20,000 bases of DNA from Chiloscyllium plagiosum (taxonomy: Eukaryota): assembly GCF_004010195.1 (NCBI RefSeq), contig NC_057720.1, positions 17,076,617 through 17,096,616 on the forward strand, in the 5' to 3' direction. The notes below the pieces were generated by a model, which was not told the origin of the DNA, ran no database searches, and saw nothing but the letters and a program-made list of their open reading frames with translations. The first letter of the stretch is position 1; each line of letters starts with the position of its first letter. Both the position numbers and the translations under genes were made by a program. Below, in pieces: positions 1-10,389 of this stretch.

Positions 1-90
1 CATCATAGTTCGACTGTCACTTCACTCCTACTTTCTGCATTCAGACTGAACTCTACACCTATGCCCAGCAATTCTGTTCTCAGAACTTTC

Positions 91-141
91 TGAGGGTGAG
101 GGGTGACCTTATAGAGGTTTATGAAACAATGAAGGGCATGG
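91..141 (+). mobile_element. Left half of an older, short CR1 LINE 3' fragment (split by the LINE at 142-2789)
   Basis: Translates as RVRGDLIEVYETMKGM, matching the ORF2 C-terminal motif RFRGDLIEVYKMIRGL in the copy at 14184-14831. The sequence resumes at 2790 (DR...FFP). Confidence 0.75.
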
Positions 142-2789
142 CAGGCCGACGAGGGGAGAGGCCATTTTGGATTTGATGCTCGGCAATGAGCCGGGGCAGG
201 TATCAGATCTTGCGGTGGTATCAGTGACCACACCTGCCTCACATTCTACATAGCTATGGAGAAGGAGAGAAGCAGGCACAATGGGAGGATATTTAATTGG
301 GGAAAAGGAAACTATGATGCTATCAGACGTGAGTTGGGAAGCATGGACTGGGAGCAATTGTTCCATGGAAAGGGCACTATAGACATGTGGAGACTATTTA
401 AGGAGCAGTTGTTGCGAGTGATGCATAAATGTGTTCCTCTGAGACAGGCAAGAAGGGGTAAGGTAAAGGAACCTTGGATGACGAAAGCGGAGGAGCTTCT
501 CGTCAAAAGAAAGAAGACAGCTTATGTAAAGTGGAGGAAGCAAGGGTCTTGCTCAGCTCTAGAGGATTACAGGCAGGCGAGGAAGAAGCTCAAAAATGAT
601 CTGAGAAGAGTCAGGAGGGGGCACGAAAAAGGCTTGGCAGGAAGGATTAGGGAGAGTCCAAAGGCATTTTACACATTTGTGAGGAATAAGAGAATGATCA
701 AAGAAAGAGTAGGGCCGATCAGGGATAGCATAGGGAACTTGTGTATAGAGTCTTGGAAGCCCTAAATGAGTTTTTTGCTTCTGTCTTTATTAAGGAAAAT
801 GACCTTGTAGTGAATGAAACCATTGAAGAGCAGGTATGCATTCTGGAACGGATAGAGATTGAGGAAGCTGATGTGCTGAAAATTTTGACAAACATTAAGA
901 TTGACAAGTCACCAGGGCCAGAGCAGATTTGTCCTCGGCTGCTTTGGGAAGTGAGAAATGTGATTGCTTCACCGCTTGCGAAGATCTTTGCGTTCTCGCT
1001 CACCACCGGAGTCGAACCTGAGGATTGGAGGGGGACAAATGTAATTCCTCTCTTCAAGAAAGGAAATAGGGAAATCCCCCGGCAAATATAGACCAGTCAG
1101 TCTCATGTCTGTTGTCTGCATGGTGTTGGAAAGGATTCTGAGGGATAGGATTTATGACCATCTAGAAGAGCATGGCTTGATTAAATGCAGTCAGCATGGC
1201 TTTGTGAGGGGCAGGTCATGCCTCACAAATCTTATTGAATTCTTTGAGGATGTTACTCGACAAGTTGATGAGGGTCGAGCGGTGGATGTGGTGTATATGG
1301 ACTTCAGCAAGGCATTTGATAAGGTTTCCCATGGTAGGCTCGTTCTGAAGGTCAGGAGGAATGGGATACAAGGAACTTTAGCTGTCTGGGTACAGAATTG
1401 GCTGGTCGACAGAAGACAGCAAGTGGTAGTGGAAGGAAAGTATTCTGCCTGGAAGTCAATGGTAAGTGGTATTCTACAGGCTCTGTTCTTGGGCCTCTAC
1501 TCTTTTTAATTTTTATTAATGACTTGGACGAGGATATTGAAGGATGGGTTAGCAAGTTTGTAGATGACACAAAGGTTGGAGGTGTCGTTGACAGTATAGA
1601 GGACTGTTGTAGGCTGCAGCGTGACATTGACAGGATGCAGAGATGGGCTGAGAGGTGGCAGATGGAGTTCAACCTGGATAAATGTGAAGTGATGCATTTT
1701 GGAAGGTCGAACTTGAAATTGAGTACAGGATTAAAGACAGGATCTTGGTATGCAGGTACATAGATCCCCTAAAATTGCCACCCAAATGGACAGGGTTGTT
1801 AAGAAAGCATATGGTGTTTTGGCTTTCATTAACGGGGGGATTGAGTTTAAGGGCTCTGAGGTCTTGTTGCAGCTCTATAAAACTTTGGTTAGACCGCACT
1901 TGGAATACTGTGTCCAGTTCTGGTCGCCCTATTATAGGAAAGATGTGGATGCTTTGGAGAGGGTTCAGAGGAGGTTTACCAGGNNNNNNNNNNNNNNNNN
2001 NNNNNNNNNNNNNNNNNNNNNNNNNNNNNNNNNNNNNNNNNNNNNNNNNNNNNNNNNNNNNNNNNNNNNNNNNNNNNNNNNNNNNNNNNNNNNNNNNNNN
2101 NNNNNNNNNNNNNNNNNNNNNNNNNNNNNNNNNNNNNNNNNNNNNNNNNNNNNNNNNNNNNNNNNNNNNNNNNNNNNNNNNNNNNNNNNNNNNNNNNNNN
2201 NNNNNNNNNNNNNNNNNNNNNNNNNNNNNNNNNNNNNNNNNNNNNNNNNNNNNNNNNNNNNNNNNNNNNNNNNNNNNNNNNNNNNNNNNNNNNNNNNNNN
2301 NNNNNNNNNNNNNNNNNNNNNNNNNNNNNNNNNNNNNNNNNNNNNNNNNNNNNNNNNNNNNNNNNNNNNNNNNNNNNNNNNNNNNNNNNNNNNNNNNNNN
2401 NNNNNNNNNNNNNNNNNNNNNNNNNNNNNNNNNNNNNNNNNNNNNNNNNNNNNNNNNNNNNNNNNNNNNNNNNNNNNNNNCTTTTTCCCAGGGCAGAAAT
2501 TGTTAACATGAGGGGTCATAGTTTTAAGCTGTTTGGCAGAAAGTATAGAGGGGGTGTCAAAGGGGGGTTCTTTACGCAGAGAGTTGTAGGAGCATGGAAT
2601 GCGTTGCCAGCAGCAGTTGTGGAAGCGAGGTCATTGGGGATATTTAAGAGACTGCTGGACATGCATATGATCACAGAAATTTGAGGGTTTGTACATTAGG
2701 TTTACTTTACATGAGGATCAATGGTCGGCACTACATCCTGGGCTGAAGGGTCTGTTCTGTGCTGTACTGTTCTGTGTCTATGTTCTATG
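142..2789 (+). mobile_element. 5'-truncated CR1-clade (HER1-like) LINE with disrupted ORF2 (end of endonuclease + reverse transcriptase) and 3' UTR
   Basis: Consecutive frameshifted ORF pieces give PTRGEAILDL..(S)DH (end of APE domain), KSPGPEQICPRLL, QHGFVRGRSCLTNL, VYMDFSKAFDKV, GSVLGPLLFLIFINDL, SKFVDDTK and LYKTLVRPHLEYCVQFWSP. After the gap come FFTQRVVGAWNALP, a 3' UTR GGTCGGCA..GGGCTGAAGGGTCTGTTCTGTGCTGTAC and a TTCTATG-type tail ending at 2789. Confidence 0.95.
1984..2480. other. Assembly gap (497 N)
   Basis: Run of N inside the LINE. Confidence 1.
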
Positions 2790-2925
2790 GATAGAGCAAA
2801 TAGACAGTTTTTTTTCCCTGGATTGGTGCTAGCGAATGGGACTAGATTAATTTAAGACATCTGGTCGGCATGGACAGGTTGGACCGAAGGGCCTGTTTCT
2901 GTGCTGTATATCTCTATGACCCTAA
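2790..2925 (+). mobile_element. Right half of the older CR1 3' fragment (internally deleted) with 3' UTR and tail
   Basis: GATAGAGCAAATAGACAG..TTCCCTGG continues 91-141. It then jumps to a CR1 3' UTR GGTCGGCATGGACAGGTTGGACCGAAGGGCCTGTTTCTGTGCTGTATATCTCTATGAC. Confidence 0.8.
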
Positions 2926-2968
2926 ATGTGAGTCCATCTAAAATCCAAATATTAACTTGCTCTCCAAG

Positions 2969-3069
2969 AATGTCAAGAAAAGTCAAAGTATGCCCACTTT
3001 TTCGATGCTGCATTCTGTGATACAAATATCCAGTAACACATTCAGACACTTTGATAGTCCCTGTGAACA
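2969..3069 (+). CDS. Weak candidate coding exon (101 bp, phase 0 to 2) of an unidentified gene
   Basis: Acceptor ttaacttgctctccaag, donor ACA|gtaagt. One open frame NVKKSQSMPTFSMLHSVIQISSNTFRHFDSPCE(Q). End phase is compatible with 6747-6792. Confidence 0.25.
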
Positions 3070-3289
3070 GTAAGTGTGAGGTTAGGATATCATTTGGTTA
3101 AGGATTTAGGGGGCCAGGTGGTAGAATGTCAGGTAAGTGGGGAGTCAAGTATGTGGTTGCCAGGAAAGTAGGGTGCCAGTTCACTGGGTAAGAGAAGGGA
3201 GTGCTTAAGGTAATTGAGGCTTGGGGGGTTATGAGGGGTAAAGGACATGCTTGTTGGGTCCATCAGGGAGATGGGAGTATCAAGTAGGA

Positions 3290-4910
3290 TTGGAAAATAG
3301 GAAACAGAGTAGGCCATTTAACCTTTTGAGTTGATCCATCATATAATACAATCATGGCTGCTCAAACAATTCAAAGCCTTTTGCCGACGCTATTACCAAA
3401 AAATATCAATCTGTACCTTAAACACACCCATTGACTGCGCATCCACACCCCTCTATCATCCAGAATTCCAAAGACTCACAACTCTCTGAGTAACAATTTT
3501 CTCCTCATCTAAGTATCTTTCCCCTTACTTTTAAATTGGGTCCCTGATTCTAAGGGAAACATTTTACCTGCATCTACCCTGTCTATCTTTTAAATTATTT
3601 TGTAAATTTCAATGAGATTGCCGTTATTCTTTGCAACTCAAGGCAGCAAAGGCCCAGTTTGCTGAGTCTCTCTTTTTAGGACAATCCCAGCATTCTGGTG
3701 AGCATTTATGGCAATAATATCTCTCCTGAGATAAGGACACAAAAACTGCACACAATACCCCCGATGCAGTCTAACTACACTCCTATACAATTGAACCAAG
3801 ACATCACTTTCCTGGGACTAAACTCCTCTTGCAATAAAGGCTAACCTTCCATTTGCCTTCCCAATGCTGTACCTCTGTGTTGGTCTTCAGTGTCTTGTCA
3901 ACAAGGATAGCCACTTTCAAACATCTCACTGTTTATCAAACACACTATGCACGAGTTCTTCAATCCAAAGTAGAGAACCTCACTTTGCCCACATTATGTC
4001 CAACTGCCATTTTCTTGCCAATTTACTAAGCCGGTCCAAATCCTTCCGAAACCACTTTACATCTGCCTCACAACACACAATGTTGCTTTGCTTCATATCA
4101 TCTGCAAACTTGGAAATATTATGTTTGGCCCCCACATCCAATTCATGAATTTTTAATGTTGACGGTTGGGGCCGAAGTTTGCCAAAACAAGAATGAACCA
4201 TTTATTCCAATACTATTTATCATAGCTTCCTCAGTGAAAATAGACACAATATCATTATTTAGCTTCTCCACCAATTCTCTATCCCACATTATAAATTCTT
4301 CTGGAAAAAAACAGAAATTGCTGGCAAAACTCAGCAAGTCCGACAGCATTTGTGGGGAGAATGTAGAGCTAAATTTTTGAGTCCGGTAACTCTTCATCAA
4401 AATTCTCCTGACACTACCTGTAATGGACCCACATTCATTACAGCCAAATGTTTCCTTGTTACATTCCAGCAGAAGCTTTTTCTGTCCATTTTTATGACTT
4501 TTGCCAGATTGCAAATCTAATCTGTTCATCCTTTCCATAACAGTTTCTTAACTGTCCATTGGTATCATCTAAAACTTCCCAGTTCTCATGTTTATTACTA
4601 TTTATGGCCATTTTATAAACCTTACAGCTTTATATAATCATAAACTTCCTTTTCCAGCCACAGTTAACTGATCTTTTCTGTGCTTTTGCATTTCGAAGGA
4701 ATATATTGTTGCTGTAAGCAACTTCTTTAAAATCTCGCCATTGTCTGTGCACAGTCACACCTTTTAAATTCTCCCCAATCCAGCTCTGCCAATTTGTCTT
4801 TCATGCTTTCATAACTTTCCGTTTTCAAATTTGACATCCTTGTTTTAGATTAAACTATCTCACTTTGAAATATAATTCGGAAATCTATTACGTTGTAGTC
4901 ACGCATATCT
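3290..4910 (-). mobile_element. Old degraded CR1 LINE (3' UTR through RT and into the linker region)
   Basis: Reverse-complement 3' UTR (gagtaggccatt...atcatggctg). Minus-strand translation gives HELDVGAKHNISKFADDMK, DLDRLSKLARKWQL and IMWDRELVEKLNNDIVSIFTEE. Boundaries approximate. Confidence 0.85.
4304..4399 (-). mobile_element. Short Penelope-terminal-repeat-derived insertion with degenerate hammerhead motif
   Basis: Minus strand reads TTGATGAA-GAGT-TACCGG-ACTC-AAAAATTTAG...ATGCTGTCGGACTTGCTGAGTTTTGCCAGC. Flanked by AAATTCTTCTG (4293-4303) and AAATTCTCCTG (4400-4410). Confidence 0.65.
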
Positions 4911-4919
4911 TTACAAGAT

Positions 4920-5165
4920 TAGGCCAGATCAGGTAAGGTTAGCAGATTTCCTTCCCTGAAGGATTCAGTGAACCAGATGGATTTTTTCAACAACCAACAA
5001 TAGCATCATGGTCCCAATTACTGAAACTAGCTTTACATTCCAGATCTATTGGTTGCATTTAAACTCCAGTTAATTCAACTGCTCTGTTGGGATTTGAACG
5101 AGTTTCCTCAGAGCATTAGTTTGGAGTGTGGAATTATAGCTTCAGTGACATTACCACTAGACCCA
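4920..5165 (-). mobile_element. tRNA-derived SINE, 5' part (same family as 12824-13186)
   Basis: Reverse complement shares ccatctggttcactga..cagggaaggaaatctg with 12824-13186. B-box-like gttcaaatccc present (gggatttgaac on +). Confidence 0.7.
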
Positions 5166-5424
5166 CTTGGCCATGAAGATCTTCCTCAATCTCAATGACA
5201 ATGTCCATTATTTTCTGTTTAACTTGTACCTAGTTACTACCATGCGATAAAGTGCATCTTGTTTAGGACAATCTCTCCATTCTTGGCTTCCAAGTGAGTT
5301 CCCTGCACCACACTAAATCAAGCAGTCAGTGTAGGTCCTGAGCAGGAAAGATCAGCATGTCTACCAGTGAGCTCAGGTAGTGGTGAGGATTCATCTCACA
5401 AAAGACTGCATACATTTCTCTCAC

Positions 5425-5700
5425 TTACCCAAAGCACCACATACAATGAGTTTCTTTGAAACTTAGGAAATACTGCTAAATAGGCAAATGCACAGGATTC
5501 CGGAAACAGCAATGAGATGAATTATCAAATTATCTATTTTGGAAGATTTAACTGAGGGAAGAATGTTGTCCAACACTGAAATCATTCCTGGCACTTTATC
5601 AAGAATCATAGGAGTTAGTACACCCACCTAAAATGCCACATTGTTGCTCAGTTTACAGTCTCACCCAAAGGACAGCAGGTTTAGCACTCCCTGAGTGTAA
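5425..5700 (-). mobile_element. Degraded DeuSINE (SacSINE1-like) fragment
   Basis: Recalled similarity to the Deu-domain reverse complement: aaacagcaatgagatgaa...gagggaagaatgttg...gtctcacccaaaggacagca..gcactccctgagt. Confidence 0.55.
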
Positions 5701-5787
5701 GAGCAGAAACTGGCCAGTCAGCCGTCACAGTTCAAACTGAGGAAATGAGACCCGTAAATTCCTTCCCTCAACTAATGTCCAGAAGTG

Positions 5788-5872
5788 AGTCTGCCATTCA
5801 ATGAGATAATAGATGGTTAAACAATGCTCAACTCCATTTTCCTGCATTATCCACATGATTTTGAGTCCATTA
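5788..5872 (-). mobile_element. CR1 3' UTR fragment
   Basis: gagtctgccattcaatgagat...ctcaactccattttcctgc resembles the other minus-strand CR1 3' UTRs in the window. Confidence 0.5.
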
Positions 5873-6064
5873 ATAAAACTGAGCTAAAGTGTTGACCTAG
5901 ATAATGTGTTCAAATCCTTTGAGCCTTTTCACTTGGAAGTGAAAGCACTCCCAAATGTGCTAAGCAGACAAGAATCCTCTTTGTGATTTCTATCTGCCGT
6001 TCTTTTCCCCTGTATGTTGTTCAGCAACTGAAAGGAGGTCACAGACATCTTCACTTTTCCTGTG

Positions 6065-6181
6065 CTGATGATAGGCCAACAGCTTAACCATCAACTGTCT
6101 ATCATTTTTATAGATGCTGACTAAGTTGCTATGCATTTCTTGTTTTATTTCAGATTACCAGTATTTGCAGTATTCGTTTTA
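6065..6181 (+). mobile_element. Old Penelope-terminal-repeat-derived fragment with hammerhead core remnant
   Basis: CTGATGA at 6065-6071, followed by agatgctgactaagttgct...tttcagattaccagtatttgcagtatt. Same motif order as the 6275 and 10193 elements. Confidence 0.5.
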
Positions 6182-6274
6182 TGTGTAATATATAATCCCG
6201 TAGCCACAGATGAAATCTCTGGAGTGGAAACTTGTTTCAAAAACAGCAGTGAAATAGCCATCTAATCACATTAC

Positions 6275-6450
6275 AGGAGCAGGAAAATCGACGTTTCAGG
6301 CAAAAGCCCAACATCAGGAATGAAGAATGAAGGGCTTTTGCCTGAAACGTCAATTTTCCTGCTCCTCGGATGCTGCCTGACCTGCTGTGCTTTTCCAGTA
6401 CCACTCTAATCTTGACTCTGATTTCCAGCCTCTGCAATCCTTACTTTTGC
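6275..6450. mobile_element. Palindromic Penelope-derived non-autonomous element with two opposed degenerate hammerhead motifs
   Basis: Inverted arms 6275-6309 / 6332-6366 (34/35 match), each GGGCTTTTGCCT-GAAACGTC. Flanking direct repeats 6262-6277 / 6451-6466 (14/16). Confidence 0.8.
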
Positions 6451-6746
6451 CTAATTACAATACAGGCAGTCTGATTGCATTATTACTTACGAGTTCTGTT
6501 TCGATCTGAAACAAGTTGGTATTAGTAACTGACAATCCAGTATCTTCATACAGTGAAGCAGAAATTAGCTTGACATAATTCTCACTGTCAGGGTACAGGA
6601 GGCAGCCCTAGAAATGACCTTGGTCTTTTTCCCTTGATTATGCAGATGGGGACTAAAGAAAGGTAGCATTGCTATTTCTTTAAAAACTATAAAATGTAAC
6701 CATAATGAAAAGGTTTGAAAAGGGCAATGATTTTTATTTTCTTCAG

Positions 6747-6792
6747 GAATAAAATATACACAGCACTAATTCAAAACCTAAATTATATTAGA
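6747..6792 (+). CDS. Candidate coding exon (46 bp, phase 2 to 0), unidentified host gene
   Basis: Strong acceptor atttttattttcttcag, donor AGA|gtaagt. Open frame NKIYTALIQNLNYIR. Confidence 0.45.
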
Positions 6793-6898
6793 GTAAGTAA
6801 AGCACCTATAGAGGTTCCTGGATCAAGTGAATTGATTGCTCAATGACAATACCAGAAACTTAACTCCACCGTAATTAATTTGTGTTTCCTTTTACATA

Positions 6899-7215
6899 GG
6901 GTGGCACAGTGGCTCAGTAGTGAGCACTGTTGCCTCACAGCACCAGGGACCTGGGTTCAGTCCCAGCCTTGGGACTTTGCACATTGTTCCTATGTCTGCG
7001 TGGGATTCTTCCGGGTGCTCTGGTTTCCACCCACAGTCCAGAGATGTGCAGGTCAGGTGAATTGGCCACACAAAATTACCCATAGTGTTAGCTGCATTAG
7101 TCAGGGGTAACTATAGGGTAGGGGAATGGGTCTGGGTGGGTTACTCTTCGGAGGGTCGATGTGGACTTGTTGGGCCAAAGGGCCTGTTTCCATACTGTCG
7201 GGAATTTAATCTAAT
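6899..7215 (+). mobile_element. HE1-like V-SINE (tRNA head, V domain, LINE-derived tail)
   Basis: A box TGGCTCAGTAG, B box GGTTCAGTCC, V-domain GTCTGCGTGGG..TCCGGGTGCTCTGGTTTCCACCCACAGTCC. Tail GGGCCAAAGGGCCTGTTTCC is shared with the CR1 3' UTR. Confidence 0.9.
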
Positions 7216-7296
7216 GTACAGTCTGTGCATTACCTACAAGCAATAAACACCATTAGCTCCATATAATGTTGTAATAAAGGCTAATTTTACTTTCAG

Positions 7297-7338
7297 ACAT
7301 GTGAGAATGAAGCAAACACTGACATGCCAATATTACAG
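7297..7338 (+). CDS. Candidate coding exon (42 bp, phase 0 to 0), unidentified host gene
   Basis: Branch-like ctaat + tttactttcag acceptor, donor CAG|gtattt. Encodes TCENEANTDMPILQ. Confidence 0.45.
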
Positions 7339-7429
7339 GTATTTCAATATTGCCATGATTATTTCCGATGACCAAATGATTGACGATTCTTTAATTTTCA
7401 TGGTGTTAGTACTGTGCCTTCAGATTTCT

Positions 7430-7565
7430 GAAGCCTTTCCCTGTTTAGAAAATAGTCAATGCCTCTATTCTTTCCATCAAAGTGCATGCCCTCAGACTTT
7501 CCCACATTGTCTTCCACCTGTCACTTCTTTGCCTGACTTCTTTTCTCTCCAAGCCTGTTTAAACT
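7430..7565 (-). mobile_element. CR1 RT-region fragment
   Basis: caaagtgcatgccctcagactttcccacattgtcttccacctgtcacttctttgcc is the reverse complement of an AKKWQVEDNVGKSEGMHF-like stretch (cf. WAERWQMEFNLDKCEVMHF near 1645-1700). Confidence 0.6.
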
Positions 7566-7685
7566 AGTGAAGGTTTGAACGGTTCGATACAATTGTTACT
7601 AAAAATTAAAATAATGTTCACAATTAAACTGGAGCCAGAATTTCCAACCAGATGGTTGGGTTTGAGGTGGTTTGCCGGGGTGGGC

Positions 7686-7705
7686 GGGGGGGGGGGGGGG
7701 GGGGG
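7686..7705. repeat. Poly-G tract (20 G)
   Basis: Seen directly. Confidence 0.95.
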
Positions 7706-8135
7706 AAGGGGTAAGGGTAATGCTCATTTGTGACTGATGTGCAACTCCTTTAAATGTTTTGTGTAATTGCTCTGCCCATGCAGTTTACCCATTGTAAGAG
7801 ACAATGTCAGAACAAAGGATACCATCAGTCACACAATAACTGCGGGTCAGGGCAATTAAAGTACAGAATATAAAGGGTCTAAAAGCAGAAAATTTGATAG
7901 CTCTTTCAAACCTCAAGTTCAGTTTGTGCTGAATTATAAAGTGATTGTAATTGACGTATATGATTACAAGTTGAAATTATTCCAATATTTTGATATGAAA
8001 CTACAGTTGCTGATACACATTTTTAAACCTGCTGCGAACCACAGAAATATAATCTGGTTTTAATAATTTGTGGACTGGCTGTTGCCTGCAAGATTCAGTA
8101 TATGTTGAGACTAATTTCACATTGCTCTGTCCAAG

Positions 8136-8195
8136 TGGACAAATATTATAACATTAAATGCAGCCAAAGTAGAATTTAACCCTGATTTCAATGTG
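8136..8195 (+). CDS. Candidate coding exon (60 bp, phase 0 to 0), unidentified host gene
   Basis: ctaat + ttcacattgctctgtccaag acceptor, donor GTG|gtgagg. Encodes WTNIITLNAAKVEFNPDFNV. Confidence 0.45.
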
Positions 8196-8503
8196 GTGAG
8201 GAACGGAGGGTAAGGATGTTAAAATGGTCACTTGGCAATTGAGGTTTTCATTGAATGTTTCAACACCATATTAAGCATAAAACATCTCTACCCCAAATGA
8301 AGTAGGGCTTGAAACTATTAAAAACATCAAAAAAAGAAACAGTTACACCTAAAAAATGAATTAAATTGCTGCAACACACATGAAAAAGCAAATGTTTACG
8401 CTGAGGAAAAATGAGAGATGTGGGAAAGAGGGGCTGAATGAGTTACCTTGGGAATGTAAACAAAAGGCAGGGACTGAGGAGAACACAAAGAGTGAATAAG
8501 AAG

Positions 8504-8744
8504 GAGTGATTGAGTGTCTGAGTGAGTGATTGAGTGTCTGAGTGAGTGAGTGAGCGTCTGAGTGAGTGAGCATCTGAGTGAGTGAGCGTCTGAGTGAGTG
8601 AGCATCTGAGTGAGTGAGTATCTGAGTGAGAGTGAGTATCTGAATGAGTGAGTGAGTGTCTGAATGAGCGAGTGAATGAGTGTCTGAATGAGAGTGTCTG
8701 AGTGAGTATCTGAATGAGTGAGTGAACGAGTGAGTGAGTGAGTG
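8504..8744. repeat. Compound (GAGT)n microsatellite with interspersed GTCT/ATCT units
   Basis: Seen directly. It explains the His/Ser/Thr-rich spurious minus-strand ORFs. Confidence 0.95.
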
Positions 8745-9144
8745 TAAACGAACAGGAAAAAGGGAGAGGAAGAAATGGGAGCTAGAAGAATTTGAGAAAC
8801 CTAGGAACCAACTGAAATAATGGGAGAGAGAGGATGTGTAACAGAGAGGGATGGAATACATGAGATATAAAACTAGATTGAAGTGTGCAATCAAGATTTC
8901 AAACAAATGGCTGGCAGCAACGCATGCCAAAAAAGATTGGTTTCCTGATATGGCTACTTGGAAACAAAGTGAGAACATCAGCATGAACTTACTTTATCTA
9001 AAACTTGTGCTAATTTGTCAGTATGCATTTTCTTTGGCAATATTGATCAATGGGAAAATAAAATCTGTCTATGTAGTATGTCTCTCATTCATTGTTGCCA
9101 AGAGTGGATTTGCAATACTTGATCACATTCCACAGCTCTGCCAG

Positions 9145-9280
9145 GCAGATATGATTTCCTCTGGTGGGACAGTTCAGACTAAAAGGGGGAGTCAACCTTA
9201 AATTTAGAGTTGAACAATTTAGGAGTGAAATCAAAATGAAAATTTTCCAGCAAAAAATGGTAGAAACCCAGAACTCCATC
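9145..9280 (+). mobile_element. CR1 ORF2 C-terminal fragment
   Basis: LKFRVEQFRSEIKMKIFQQKMVETQNS resembles FKLRGGRYRTEVRGRFFTQRVVSSWNA of the 14184 ORF. Confidence 0.55.
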
Positions 9281-9301
9281 ACTGAAATATGGACTTCAGA
9301 T

Positions 9302-9596
9302 GATAGCATAGTGACTCGATGGATAGCACTGCTGTCCCACAGCACCAAGGACCTAGCTTCAATTCCATCCTTGGGCAACTGTCTGTGTGGACATTCTCCC
9401 CGTGTCTGTGTGGGTTTCCTCTGGTGCTCTGGTTTCCTTCCACAATCCAAAAACATGCAGGCTAGATGTTTGGGAAACATCCATGGGAAATACAGGGATA
9501 AGATAGGGGGGTGGGACTGAATGGGATGCTCTTCGGAGGATCAGTGTAAACTCAATGGGCTGAATGGCCTGCTTCCACATAGTAGTGATTCTATGA
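9302..9596 (+). mobile_element. HE1-like V-SINE, older copy
   Basis: Collinear with 6899-7215: gcactgctgtcccacagcaccaaggacc...gtgtctgtgtgggtttcctctggtgctctggtttcc...ctcttcggagg...gggctgaatggcctgcttcc..ttctatga. Confidence 0.85.
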
Positions 9597-10192
9597 AGTA
9601 CTTAGCATGAATGAGGGATAGGAGTAGGCCATTCAGTACATTGAGCCTGCTTGCCCGTTCATTAAGCAGGTTGATAAATGATTAAAAGCAGATTACATTT
9701 CAATGTTTCGGAGCAGGCTTAAAAATGTGCATAAAATTCAGTAATTTAATATCAACAGATTGGAACAATTTCACCCTTTAATCTCATTCATCAATTACAA
9801 GCATTTTATAATTCAGCACAAACTGACCTCCGAGTGTGAATGAGCTATTATTTTCCATTGATCCAAGTGTAACCTCAAATCCACATTCCCACTTACCCCG
9901 ATAACATTTCAACTCTTTGCTTCACAAGAATCTTTCACCTTCTGTCTTAAAGACTCTGCTTCCACCATCTTCTCAGGAGAAGCACCAATGACTCACGACC
10001 CTCTGAGCGAAAACATTTTGCCTAAACTCTGTTTTCAATGGGACACCACTGATTTTTCAACAGTACTCTTATTTCTAAATTCTCCACATCTCCACCCTGT
10101 CAAGACCCCTCAGGATTTTCTATGTTTTAATCAAGTTGCCTTTTACTGTCCTAAACTCCAGCAGAAACAAGCCTAATCAACCTTTCCATATA

Positions 10193-10389
10193 AGTCAAGA
10201 GTGTGGTGCTGGAAAAGCACAGCAGGTCAGGCAGCATCTGAGGAGCAGGAGAATCGAACAGGGCTGATGAAGAGCTTATGCCTGAAATGTCGATTCTCCT
10301 GCTCCTCGGATGCTGTTTGACCTACTGTGTTTTTCCAGCACTACACTCTTGACTCTGATCTCCGGCATCTGCAGTTCTCACTTTCTCAT
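10193..10389 (+). mobile_element. Hairpin-shaped Penelope-derived non-autonomous element with hammerhead motif in the loop
   Basis: 65-bp inverted arms 10193-10257 / 10290-10354 (59/65). Loop CTGATGAA-GAGC-TTAT-GCCT-GAAATGTC. Perfect 14-bp flanking repeat AACCTTTCCATATA (10179-10192, 10390-10403). Confidence 0.85.

Noticed and set aside
1745..2519. Long ORFs spanning the N run
   Set aside because: Artefacts of translating N.
3075..3290. G-rich strand-biased stretch as a regulatory or G4 element
   Set aside because: No regular G-tract pattern or recognisable boundaries. Likely an unclassified decayed repeat.
6899..6970. tRNA gene
   Set aside because: The A/B boxes are the head of a SINE that continues into V-domain and LINE-tail sequence.
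8361..8984. 207-aa minus-strand ORF
   Set aside because: Largely a translation of the (ACTC)n microsatellite.
9759..9833. 75-bp open candidate exon IGTISPFNLIHQLQAFYNSAQTDLR
   Set aside because: Weak acceptor and donor, and it appears to lie inside an interrupted CR1 3' UTR.
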